Shown here: positions 1 to 11,230 of the stretch, piece by piece
Layout of the letters: each line of letters opens with the position of its first letter
Numbering within the stretch: position 1 is the stretch's first letter
Assembly (NCBI RefSeq): GCF_006345805.1
Contig: NC_043003.1
Location: forward strand, 53,072,001 to 53,136,000
Origin: Octopus sinensis
Taxonomy: Eukaryota
Reading direction: 5' to 3'
DNA: 64,000 nt
Program-made: the position numbers and the translations under genes
The notes under the pieces: generated by a model
Told to the model about the DNA's origin: nothing
Database searches by the model: none
The model's input: only the letters and a program-made list of their open reading frames with translations

Positions 1-192
1 TTCACGCGGCTCCGGCAGAAGGTAATGGCGAACTTCTGCTGACTCTTTCGCCACAACTTTCTCTCACTCTTTCCTCTTGCAGCTCACCTGCGACGGACCG
101 GCGTCCCGCCCAGGTGGGGAACCTATACGCCAAGGAAACCGGGAAACCGGCCCTATGAGCCAGGTGTGGCTCGAGAAGGAGTAAACAACAAC
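1..192 (+). mobile_element. SINE family A, 3' part (cut by window edge)
   Basis: Colinear with the complete tRNA-headed copy at 48184-48460 (TTCACGCGGCTCCGGC...GGAAACCGGGAAACCGGCCCT...GAGAAGG), ending in AAC repeats. Confidence 0.8.
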
Positions 193-212
193 ATATATTA
201 GGAAAATGAATA

Positions 213-596
213 CTATTATTCTTTTCTACACTAGGCACAAGGCTCGAAATTTTGGGGCCAGTGGATTAGATGGACTGGTACTTAATTTATGGTACTTAAT
301 TTATCGACATCGAAAGGATAAAAGGCAAAGTCGACCACGGCGAAATTTGTACTCAGAACGTAAAGACGACGAAACACCTATTTCTTTACTGCTCACAAGG
401 GGCTACAAACAAGGATAGACAAACGGATTAAGTCGATTATATCGACCCCAGTGTGTAACTGGTACTTAATTTATCGACCCCAAAAGGTTGAAAAGCAAAG
501 TCGACCTCGGTGGAATTTGAACTCAGAACGTAACGGCAGACGAAGTACGGCTACGCATTTCGCCCGGCGTGCTAACGATTCTGCCAGCTCGCCGCC
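213..596 (-). mobile_element. SINE family B, head-core-core copy
   Basis: Reverse complement of the GGCGGCGAGCTGGCAGAA head plus two GTTCTGAGTTCAAATT...GGGGTCGAT cores, as at 16839, 28365 and 59042. Confidence 0.85.
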
Positions 597-830
597 GTTC
601 CAAGTAATACTATTATTGATTATCTCGTGTTCTACTTGTTTTGCCTCTCTTTCTCTGATACAGCCAAACATTGCAACATGTATTACTATTTTGTGATTTA
701 TATACTTTTGCTTCAAAAACCAAGTTTCGTCTATCTCACGATTCTTTCACACATATTGAACTATAAAGACATTGTTTAGCAACTGGACTCTGTACTTTCT
801 TTCTATATTAAACTGTTGTTATTAAATAAT

Positions 831-1047
831 AATTGCAGCGTGGAAGGTGTTTATAAACCATTTAAGAAACACACAAAATCGTTGGATTCACTTCAACATT
901 CAAATTTGCACGAAGTTTTGTCAGTGAACAGGTCGCGGTCTCAAAGCGACGAAAATATTTTGACAAATTAAATTTAAATGTTGAAGTGAATCTAACGGTT
1001 TTTGTGTGTTTCTTAAATGGCTTATAAACACCTTCCACGTTGCAATT
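831..1047. mobile_element. Foldback/MITE-like element with ~78-bp terminal inverted repeats
   Basis: 831-907 (AATTGCAGCGTGGAAGGTGTTTATAAACCATTTAAGAAACACAC...) is the near-exact reverse complement of 971-1047. Confidence 0.75.
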
Positions 1048-1189
1048 GTTTTCGTTCCAGCACACGATCTCAGATCAAGTCACTCGCTATGCAAGTACAT
1101 CTCCGTAATATTAAATAATGATTTCTCATTTATTCATTCATATTTTGATAATAATTCATCACCTATATAGTTATGGACTCAACTTTCTA

Positions 1190-1410
1190 CTGTCATCATT
1201 ATTGTCATCATGTTTATCGTCATCATCACCGTCGTCGTTATTATAATCATCATCATCATCATCATCACCATCATACTACTACTACTACTACTACTACAAC
1301 AACAACCACCACCAACACCATACATCATCGTAATCATCTCAATAATTCTGTTTTCATAAGAACGGAACTTAATTTATATTTAGCATTTCATATTGAGTAC
1401 TCCCTCTTTT

Positions 1411-1449
<39 letters not shown>

Positions 1450-1738
1450 GTCTCTTCTCTGTCTCTGTCTCTCTGTCTCTCTCTCTCTGTCTCTCTCTTC
1501 CGATTCGTTTTATCCTTCTTCTTTTCTCTCTCATTTTCGTCCTCGTTTATTTTATCGTATTTTCTTTCTCTATTCAACGTCTCTTTATATCTGTATTTTT
1601 CCACATTTTCTTCCATTTACTCCACCCCACCTTCTATCTCGCTTTTTTCACCCTCTCTCATATAAATATATGTGTGTGTATGTGTGTGTGTGTGTGTATT
1701 TGTGTGTGTGTGTATGTGTGTGTGTGTGTGTGTGTGTG

Positions 1739-1774
<36 letters not shown>

Positions 1775-1812
1775 GTACAAGTGTGTCTTTATGTGTAGTG
1801 TTACATGTGTGT
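1190..1812. repeat. Compound microsatellites (CAT)n,(TAC)n,(CT)n,(GT)n
   Basis: Direct reading; explains ORF 1173..1835. Confidence 0.95.
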
Positions 1813-2404
1813 GTCTTGTATCTATTCTTACTTAACAAAGAACCAGAACAGATATCGCACAGCATCTAATAATTCTACCAATTCATTGTCTTGCATTGGT
1901 TCTTTATTCTTTGTTGGAAAATGATATTTTATTCTATTTCATTTTCGCTTAATACACTGATTAATGCTATGCTACTTTATAAATGTTTGCAGATACAACA
2001 ATCGCAGTAATGAAAATTTGAGAATCCAGAATTTCAGGATGGCGAGTCTGGATCGGCTCGGAATGTTTTTAATTTACTCACAGAGTCGGTCTGATTCCAA
2101 CATAGTACGATGTGTTTGACTACGGCCTCTCGGAGTAAAGTTGAAAAAAGTGTGACACACTGACACACTGACATTCGCATTTATTATATGAAAAAAGAGA
2201 ATTAAGAAATAGCTTGATGCATTAGCAACATTCACTTATATTCCATCTTACAATCAATTTTCCCCACAATTCATTATAAAAACTGTCGATTTTTCTTTAT
2301 TATAAAAAAAATATTCGTGGGAATGTTCTTGTCGAGAATAATTTCTACCAATAAGGATTCTTACGAAACCATAGTTGTGAAGAACTGTGTATAACCCAAT
2401 AAAT

Positions 2405-2740
2405 CTACTGTCGTACTTGACTTTCGCTTCTTATGGAACATAGGCCATCGACGTCTTTCTCGACTCTTTTCGATTCAAGGTTGTCTTTTCTTCTCCCAGG
2501 TTTTGTTGGTTTTAAGATGTCGTCGATGCTTCTGTAAATCTATTTTCTTTCTTCTAAGTAAAGGCATTAGTCCTATACAAAACCATTTTTACTTCTCGGA
2601 AGAGGTAGCCCAGATTATTCTTGCCTCTATCCTTTGACCTGTCCAGCATGGGAGGCCCTACAAAGAGCACGCGTTCCACTGGATTAGTTCTCAGGGTCAT
2701 TACAATACAAAAGCCGCCACATTGCAACAAGGACTGAACC
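2405..2740 (-). mobile_element. Probable internally deleted RTE-type LINE (5' UTR joined to 3' end)
   Basis: Minus strand reads CCTTGTTG..GTGGCGG..AATGACCCTGAGA..GGGCCTCCCATGCTGGACAGGTCAAAGG, which I recognise as RTE 5'-UTR-like. It is followed ~150 nt later by codons for VDGLCSIRS, resembling an RTE C-terminus. Confidence 0.45.
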
Positions 2741-2897
2741 TTACATTGTGGTCGCTTGTGTGCCTGATTGTGAACATGCTTTGTTCGGCTCTAAATGCAT
2801 GGAAGGTAAAGTAGGGACCGGTAGGATTTGAACTCATTCGAAAAGAGGTATGCCTAAATAACACATGCTCAGAGAATAATAAATTAACATTTAAATT

Positions 2898-3232
2898 CTT
2901 CTTCTTCTTCTTCTTCTTGTGCATTTTGTCCTTTCCTCCTCCTCCTTCTTCTTCTTCTTCTTCTTCTTCTTCTTCTTCTTCTTCTCCTCCTCCCCTTCTT
3001 CTTCTTCTTCTTCTTCTCCTCCTCCTCCCCTTCTTCTTCTTCTTCTTCTTCTTCTCCTCCCCTTCTTCTTCTCTTCTTTTCTTATCTCTCTTCCTTTTCT
3101 TTTTCTCTCCCTCTTCTCTCCCCTTCTTCTTCTTCTTCTTCTTCTCTCCTCCTCCCCCCCTCTTCTTCTTCTTCTTCTTCTCCTCCCCTTCTTCTTCTTC
3201 TTCTTCTTCTTCTTCTTCTTCTTCTTCTTCTT
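2898..3232. repeat. (TTC)n/(CTC)n pure pyrimidine trinucleotide array
   Basis: Direct reading. Confidence 0.95.
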
Positions 3233-3404
3233 TATATAAAGTTATTCAGTAATGCGCTAATTCATGAGAACAGATCATTTAAAGGTGTTAGGAAGGGATG
3301 CGATGTATATTAACTTCCGTCTAGGAGAAAGGATGTGAGGGAGACACAATGACGTCATCTGTATTACGATTGGAACCGGCTAGGCAAACTGAGCACGTAT
3401 TACT

Positions 3405-3425
3405 ATTATTATTTTTTATTACATA

Positions 3426-3472
<47 letters not shown>

Positions 3473-3489
3473 AGCTGCTGCTGCTGCTG

Positions 3490-3524
<35 letters not shown>

Positions 3525-3561
3525 GCTGCTGCTGCTACAACTACTACTACTGCTACTACTA

Positions 3562-3614
<53 letters not shown>

Positions 3615-3775
3615 ACAACTACTACTACTCTACTGCTGCTGCTGCCGCCGCTGCTACGGCTGCTGCTATTACTGCTGCTGCTACCACCACTACTACTATT
3701 AGCATCGTCGTCGTCGTCGTCGTCATCATGATCATCATGATCATCATCATCATCATCATCATCGCCATTATCATT
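3405..3775. repeat. Compound trinucleotide array (TAC)n/(TGC)n/(GTC)n/(ATC)n
   Basis: Direct reading. Confidence 0.95.
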
Positions 3776-4563
3776 TTGATAACGGAGGTTGCACGTCGAG
3801 GTACATATAATACTATGTTTATTATATGACATAATTATTGTATATAATGTATATAAAAAGAAATCGCAATGTGCTTGTATTTTACACAAAGCTTACAAAG
3901 TCATCGAGTTGCGCTCATAAAGTTACATATATACAATGCGTTCTTATTTATATTAGTATTTATAGCTAAAAATATAATAAAGATGATATAAAACTACCAT
4001 CGCGTGTCCGCCAGTATGTGTTTATATACGTACAAACAATAATAACGATTTATTTTTTTAGTCTATTTATCTATTGTTATATTTATTTTATTTTATTTAT
4101 ATTATTTATTTTGTTATTTATTCATAAGTTTATGCCAAGCCTATTTAGTTGCTAGAGTTACTTCCCTTCGAGTGCAGCGTAAAACTCTAGAAAAGCAAGA
4201 AGTAAGGGGAGGATAACTTTGATAAACTTCGCTGGCAAAGCGTGTGAATGATGTCACTAAAACAATGATACAACGCAAATGATATCAAATTCATTAAAGT
4301 GAAGACTATATAGCAACCGTATAGTATTATTTGTTCCTATTAGTATAAATTGCCAAAGCATATTAAAACTAGTCTTCAAAAGCTTACAAGGACTAGAAAC
4401 CTAGTTTCCAAGAATTACCCAGCAATCAATAAAATCACCCAGTTCATAGAGGTGACAAAAAGATGAAACAACGTAGACATTTAACAGTTCTTCATCTCTA
4501 CTCTTTCTCCTGCTCTTTCTTCTCTTGGTGTTTGTTTTATTTCTGTTTCTTACATATTTTAGC

Positions 4564-4733
4564 TTTTACTTGTTTCACTCATTAGACTACGGCCATGCTG
4601 CAGCACTGCCTTGAAGAATTTTAGTAGAACGAATCGACCCCAGAACTGATTTTATTTTAAGACTTAATACTGATTCTATCGGTATCTTTTGCCGAACCGC
4701 TAGATGTAAACACATCAATACCAATTGTCAGGA

Positions 4734-4776
<43 letters not shown>

Positions 4777-4980
4777 CACACAACACACACACACACACAC
4801 ACACGCACGCACGCACGCACACATAAAATATATGCGACAGGCTTCTTCAGTTTCCGTCTACCAAATCCACTTAAAAGATTTTGATCAGCCCAGAGTTACA
4901 CTAGAAGACGCTTGCTCGAGGTGCCACGCAGTGGGACTGAACCCAGAACCATGTGGTTGAGAAACAGGTTTCTTATCATA
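4564..4980 (-). mobile_element. SINE family C, near full length, internal (CA)n array
   Basis: Reverse complement of the 5206-5608 copy (head GGTTCAGTCCCACTGCGTGGCACC; tail CAGCATGGCC...GAAACAAGTAAAAG). Confidence 0.9.
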
Positions 4981-5205
4981 TGCAGATCGAATAGACACAA
5001 AGAAATCCCTTGTAGGCTCGTCTATATAGGAAGGGTGTCCGTAAGCACTTGACTTGATAGAACCCTGAATCATGGTTATACCCAATACTATAATTCATCA
5101 CTCTTATACAAAGCAAATGCATTCATACGTATATACGTGTGTGTGTGTGTGTGTGTTTGTGTGTGTGTGTTGTGTTGTGTGCGAAGGCATTATGTATATA
5201 TAGGT

Positions 5206-5608
5206 GTAGGAGTGGCTGTGTGGTAAATAGCTTACTTACGAACGACATAGTTCCGGGTTCAGTCCCACTGCGTGGCACCTTGGGCAAGTGTCTTCTACTA
5301 TAGTCTCGGGCCGACTAAAGCCTTGTGAGTGGATTTAATAGACGGAAATGGAAAGAAGCCCGTCGTATTTATGTATATATATATATATGTATGTGTGTGG
5401 TGTCGGTGTTTGTCCCCACCCCCAACATCGCTTGTCAACCGATGGTGGTGTGTTTACGTCGCCGTAACTTAGCGGTTTGCAAAAAGAGAGCGATAGAATA
5501 AGTACCAGGCTTACAAAGAATAAGTTCTGAGATCGATTTGCTCGACTAATGGTGGTGCTCCAGCATGGCCACAGTCAAATGACTGAAACAAGTAAAAACG
5601 TAAAAGAG
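5206..5608 (+). mobile_element. SINE family C, full length
   Basis: tRNA-like head (TGGCTGTGTGG A-box-like, GGTTCAGTCC B-box-like), central (TA)/(TG) tract, tail ending GAAACAAGTAAAA...GAGTA; more than 10 homologous copies in the window. Confidence 0.9.
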
Positions 5609-5719
5609 TATATATATATATATATATAATATAATTATATATATATATTACACACACAATACATACATACATATATGTATATATGTACATATATATACAC
5701 ACACATATATATACATGCA

Positions 5720-5835
5720 TGAATGCATACATACATACACATACATACATACATACATACATACATACATACATACATACATACATACATACGTATGTAT
5801 GTATGTATGTATGTATGTATGTATGTATGTATGCA
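5720..5835. repeat. (TACA)n joined directly to (TATG)n: palindromic microsatellite
   Basis: ...CATACATACGTATGTATG..., centre near 5792. Confidence 0.9.
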
Positions 5836-6512
5836 TGTTTGCATCAACGAGTGTACTGTGTAGTTTGTATTTAAATAAAAGTTTGTTAAGTACGATCATT
5901 TGGGGCGAGAATGCACTACACTCCAGTTAAATGCAGGGTTTGTAGACTATTCTGGATATCTCAGAAGCTGAACCGATAAACCTTGTCTACCATCTACATA
6001 AAACCCGCTAGAAAAAGAATCCCCGGTATAAAAAGCATTGATGAACATGAAGATGCTCCATTATGTAAGTTACAAGTTCAGGAGAGATGGCGTTAATATA
6101 TGGTCAATTGTTTGTTCTCTAAAGGTTGTCATCAATTCTAGGTCGATATTTATATATATGAGACCTGCTCATACCAAATATGCTTTTGGAACGATCTGAT
6201 CGAGAGAATCAAAGTGTACGAAGCTGATAAAAGTATGATGATGACCAGTTGGTATTTTATGATGAGAATGTTCCGCCATGCATATATAAATATCAGTAGG
6301 CATATACATACATACGTGCATACATACATACATACATACATACATACATACATACATACATACATACATACATACATACATACATACATACATACGTACA
6401 CACACATACATACATACATACATACATACATACATACATACATACATACATACATAAATACATACACGCGCACAACCACAACACAAACAGACTACAAATG
6501 CATACATACATA

Positions 6513-7017
6513 CCGTAAATCCTCTAGTATAATCCGCATTTTTCCCCAAATCCCTAGTGCGTACTATATACGAGGTTAAAAATGAAAAATATTTTCTAAG
6601 CAATGTTCGAGTCTCTATTTGCTGTCCGAAAGTGTTTATTCAGACGCATTTTGTGATGTCGGGCGCGAAAATACCTTAAGCTAAGCCTGAGAGCAATGAA
6701 GTCATAAAAGAATCATCCATTACTTGCAGTAAGCAACATTTATTAAACATTATTACTGTTATTACTGTTATTTCTTTATTTTCTGCACACAAAATGCACA
6801 AAAAAGCTACACGTTTGCATTACGTAATATATACAATAATAATAAAGGACGTTACCGTATACATTTTTACAAACCAAAGACGTTATATAGACCTCCTTGA
6901 CTCAAGTTAGAGAAAGGGTGCGTATTATACACAAGGTTTAAGTTTTTCAGAGGTACAGCCCCCTAAAAATTCCCTGCGTATTATGCACAAAGGCGGACTA
7001 TACCCGAGAATTTACGG
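6513..7017. mobile_element. Tc1/mariner-pogo-type MITE with TA target duplication
   Basis: TA|CCGTAAATCCTCTAGTATAATCCGC ... GCGGACTATACCCGAGAATTTACGG|TA. Confidence 0.8.
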
Positions 7018-7028
7018 TACATGTATAA

Positions 7029-7059
<31 letters not shown>

Positions 7060-7158
7060 ACCACAACACACACAGACCACACATGCATACATACATACAT
7101 ACATACATACATACATACATGCATACATACATACATACATACCTACGTATATCTGTGT

Positions 7159-7190
<32 letters not shown>

Positions 7191-7203
7191 ATTTATAGAT
7201 GTA

Positions 7204-7290
7204 CCGTAAATCCTCGAGTATAGTCCGCTGGGAATTTTTAGGGGCTGTACCTCTGAAAAACTTAAACTTTGTGTATAATACGCACCCCTT
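7204..7290. mobile_element. Inverted partial copy of the right end of the 6513-7017 MITE
   Basis: Reverse complement of ~6914-7017, with a ~19-nt indel. Confidence 0.85.
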
Positions 7291-8010
7291 GAACTTGCTA
7301 TTCCTTTATTTTATCAGTTACATCTTTCAGTATTCTATAGTACATAGTGTCACACTTTAAATGCAATCCTTAAATCCACCTTAGAAGTGCAGAATACATA
7401 ATCAATCAGGTATTTCTTGTCTGTCTCAAGAAGCGTTTTGATTCATTATGCATGCTGTGCTTCTAACTGTTGTCTAAGGATTAAATTTATAGTGTCGAAT
7501 ACTGTGTTATCAAATACTGAAACATGTGTAACAGATGAAAAAAAGGAATACTAAATATAAGGCCATGTTATTTTATCTTATTGATGTGCTCTTTATATTA
7601 CGTTATAATTCTCCTCTCACTGTATGTGACCCCATGTGATCATACAACGGTAGGTGATTACCTGAATTAACAAAAGGGCCGTAACCTAAACTGGGAAAGT
7701 GTCGCGAACTGAGCTCGTCAATTCTTCTGTGTGTACGTGCGTGAGTGTGTGTGTGTTTGTGTGTATTTATGTATGCGTGTGCGTGTACGTGTGTATTTGT
7801 GTATGCGTGTGTGTGTACGTGTGTATTTGTATATGTATGTATTTGTGTATGTATGCAAATACAACACACACACGCGCACGCACACACACACTCACGCACT
7901 TAAAAGACTTGTTTTATTTATATTCCTGAGCGCCATACTAATACAATTGTTTGTTTGTATTCCACCTGCCTTCGTCTTTTGTTTATTTTCATAAAGCTTC
8001 CCGTTATATA

Positions 8011-8411
8011 CTCTTTTACTTGTTTCAGTCATTTGACTGCGTCCGTACTGGTGCACCGCCTTTAGTCGAGCAAATCGACCCCAGGACTTATTCTTTGTAA
8101 GCCTAGTACTTATTCTATTGGTCACATTTTCCGAACCGCTAAGTTACGGGGACGTAAACACAGCATCGGTAGTCAAGCGATGTTAGAGGGGGGACAAACA
8201 CAGACGCACAAACACACGCACACACATATATATATACATATACATATATACGACAGGCTTCTTTTAGTTTCCGTCTACCAAATCCACTCACAAGGCTTTG
8301 GTCGGCCCGAGTCTATAGTAGATAACACTTACCGAAGGTGCCACGCAGTGGGATAGAACCTGTGACCATGTGGTTGGCAAGCAAGCTACTTACTACGCAG
8401 CCACTCCTGCG

Positions 8412-8412
<1 letters not shown>
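8011..8412 (-). mobile_element. SINE family C, full length
   Basis: Homologous along its length to the 5206-5608 copy. Confidence 0.9.
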
Positions 8413-8460
<48 letters not shown>

Positions 8461-9133
8461 TTTCTACATTATTTATATGCACTATTCCTGCTGTTGTATA
8501 TATCCTTCTGCAAACAGACGACACACATCATAATCAACACACGCTAGATAAGTTCTGCGTCCTTAAATAGAGACAGTAGAGTTGCATCTCGAAGATAAAG
8601 CATTTCCTAATCCAAATTCACCTTCCTTGATCAGTTAATAGCCTTCAACAAACCAAAATGCACGGTCGGCACACACCTAGATTACTTTAACAAAATGGGT
8701 CATACAAATGGTATAATTAGCATACCTGAAAGAAAAAAAACAAAAAAAACCAGTTTCCTCTGAGGTAGAAAATTCTTTCCTAATGCTTCTTACTCGGGCT
8801 ATAAGCATGTCGTAACACCTCACTGCTGATGTTTTCGGGTCAACATATATATATATATATATTCGCGTTGACTGAGAGCTGATTCCATCTCAACAGCCAC
8901 AAAGGATATGAAAAATTCATTCAACCGAAATATTGAAAGTCTCTTCCGAACTTTTAAAGATTTTATGAATCGCCTTCTACCGTCTTCTATTGTTACGAAG
9001 ATTAAACACTTTGTGACAGCATGTGGATCATCAACGACCACTATAAATATAACTCATCAACACCGTGATTACACACGTGCCAAGAGACACACATTTGCAC
9101 ATAAACTCATATACATACAGACATTTATATATG

Positions 9134-9355
9134 CAGTAATCCCTCGACTATCACGGGTGTTACGTTCCAAAACACCCCACGATAAGTGAAAATCCACGAA
9201 ATAGAAACAATACTGTACTGTATATTTAATATTATTATCTTTATAATTTGTATATATTTATTTCATTATAAATGCAAAACAACACTACAGAGGAATCGAC
9301 GTCAGATTTTATAATAAACTGCGATAGGTGAACCGCAATATAGCGAGGAGTTACT
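9134..9355. mobile_element. Tigger/pogo-like MITE, copy 1
   Basis: Starts CAGTAATCCCTCGA; reverse complement of 9383-9620. Confidence 0.75.
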
Positions 9356-9382
9356 CTCTCTCTCTATATATATATATATATA

Positions 9383-9620
9383 CAGTAATCCCTTGCCATA
9401 TCGCAGTTCACCTATCGCGGTTCATCTATCGCAGTACACCTATAGCGGTTCACCTATCGCAGTACACCTATCGCGGCTTATTATTTAAGCTGACATCGAT
9501 TCATCCGTAGTGTTGTTTTGCATTTATAATAAAATAAATATATACAAATTATAAAGATATTAAAAAAATATTGTACTGGTTTCTACTTCGCGGATTTTAT
9601 AGTAATCACGCGGATTACTG
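9383..9620. mobile_element. Tigger/pogo-like MITE, copy 2 (inverted)
   Basis: TA|CAGTAATCCC...GGATTACTG|TA, with an internal ~15-bp tandem expansion of TTCACCTATCGCGG. Confidence 0.8.
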
Positions 9621-9622
9621 TA

Positions 9623-10427
9623 CATGTGGTCTGATCAATAAGTATCCGGACTGTTGCCATAGTAACGACGCTAAAGCACGCAGAGTGACCGTGAATGATG
9701 CTGTGCATGCGCCCTAAGTTTTAACGTTCTAGCTCACTTCCGCCGTTTACAGCAGTGCTTGAAAGGAACGAGTATAGCGCGTGATCGTCGCATTGACCAT
9801 GATAGGGAAAGTTGAGCAGAGAATCTGCATCAAATTTTACCAAAAGCTTGGCGATAACTGCTCAGAATCCTACGAAAAGTTACAGAAAGTGTATGGAGAG
9901 GAGTCTATGAGCCGCACACAAGTGTACAAGTGGTTCAGACGTTTCTAACATGGCCGAAAAAATGTCGATAGTGACGAACGTTCTGGGAGACCCGCAACCA
10001 GCAGAACTGAGAAAAATATCCCAGATATGCGTGAAGCTGTGAGGGGAAATCGTCGAATCACCATCTGTGAGTTATCAGAGGGTGTGCAGTTTAGCTATGG
10101 CTCAATTCAATTCATTATCATTGAAGATTTGGGTAAGAGACGCATGTCTGCCAAGTTTGTGTCCAAACTGCTTTCAGCTGACCAAAAAGACACTCTACTT
10201 TCAGTTGCACGAAATCTCGGAGAACGATGAAAACGTTTTGAAAGCGATTATAACGAGTTATGAATCGTAGCTCTATAGCTATGACCCCGAAACAAAGGCT
10301 CAGTCTTCACAGTGGAAGACCTCAACCTCTCCGAGACCGAAGAAAGCACGAATGAGTCGCACTACAAGGGGATTGTTCATCATGAGTATGCTCTACCTGG
10401 TCAGACAGTAAACAAGGAGGACTACTA
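9623..10427 (+). pseudogene. Mariner transposon remnant (5' TIR plus disrupted transposase N-terminus)
   Basis: TIR-like GGTCTGATCAATAAGTATCCGGA. From ATG 9799: MIGKVEQRICIKFYQKLG...MSRTQVYKWFRRF*...DERSGRP...RRITICELS...MSAKFVSKLL...YDPETKAQSSQW...GIVHHEY; stops and frameshifts; broken at (TA)n. Confidence 0.9.
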
Positions 10428-10552
10428 TATATATATATAATAACAATTTAATAAATAAAACATATGCATCCATACATACATATATGTACATACCTACATC
10501 TATATGTATATATACATACATACATACATACATATATATATATATATAATAT

Positions 10553-10593
<41 letters not shown>

Positions 10594-10596
<3 letters not shown>

Positions 10597-10857
10597 TACA
10601 GGACACCACAAATAAACGTAGAACACAACGACAACGAAAATAAAATCAAACAAGGAAACAGACATTTTTTTAACAACGAAAAAAACAGAGTACAAGACAA
10701 ACAAAAGAATTTTATTTAATTCATTTGCAGAAAGGACTGCTTCGGCCGGATCGTGTTCTGCCCTTAACTTCGAAACACGCATTGAGTCGAAACAGGGGCA
10801 GCTGATGAAGGGGAATATTCTTTGTATTGTTTGTCTTGTATGCTGTCTTTTCGTTGT

Positions 10858-10860
<3 letters not shown>
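10594..10860. repeat. PLE-like terminal-repeat fragment with a ~45-bp inverted repeat
   Basis: 10671-10712 is the imperfect reverse complement of 10815-10859; a CTGATGAAG motif lies at 10802. The PLE assignment is inference. Confidence 0.45.
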
Positions 10861-10892
<32 letters not shown>

Positions 10893-10927
10893 TATATATA
10901 TATTATATATATATATGTATATATATA

Positions 10928-11088
10928 CACGACGGGCTTCTTTCAGTTTCAGTCTGCCAAATCCTTTCACAAGGCTCTGCTCAGCCCGAGGCTATAGAAG
11001 ACACTTGCCAAAGGTGGCACGCAGTGGTACTGAACCCGGAACCATGTGGCTGGAAAGCAAGCTACTTACACACAGCCACGCCTGCACC
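10928..11088 (-). mobile_element. SINE family C, head half
   Basis: GACGGGCTTCTTTCAGTTTC...GAACCCGGAACCATGTGG...CACGCCTGC. Confidence 0.85.
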
Positions 11089-11230
11089 TATATATATATA
11101 TATATATATATTATTAATAAATTTCAGGGTAGCAAAACAAATTTAGAAATGCTTTTTTTTTTGCTACAAGTGGTCTAGCGAGAAGAAAAAACTAGTCAAT
11201 AGACTATATATTATTCATATAAAAATAAAG

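Noticed and set aside
8908-9189. 93-aa ORF after a possible acceptor
   Set aside because: It runs into a MITE, has no recognisable domain, and its length is compatible with chance.
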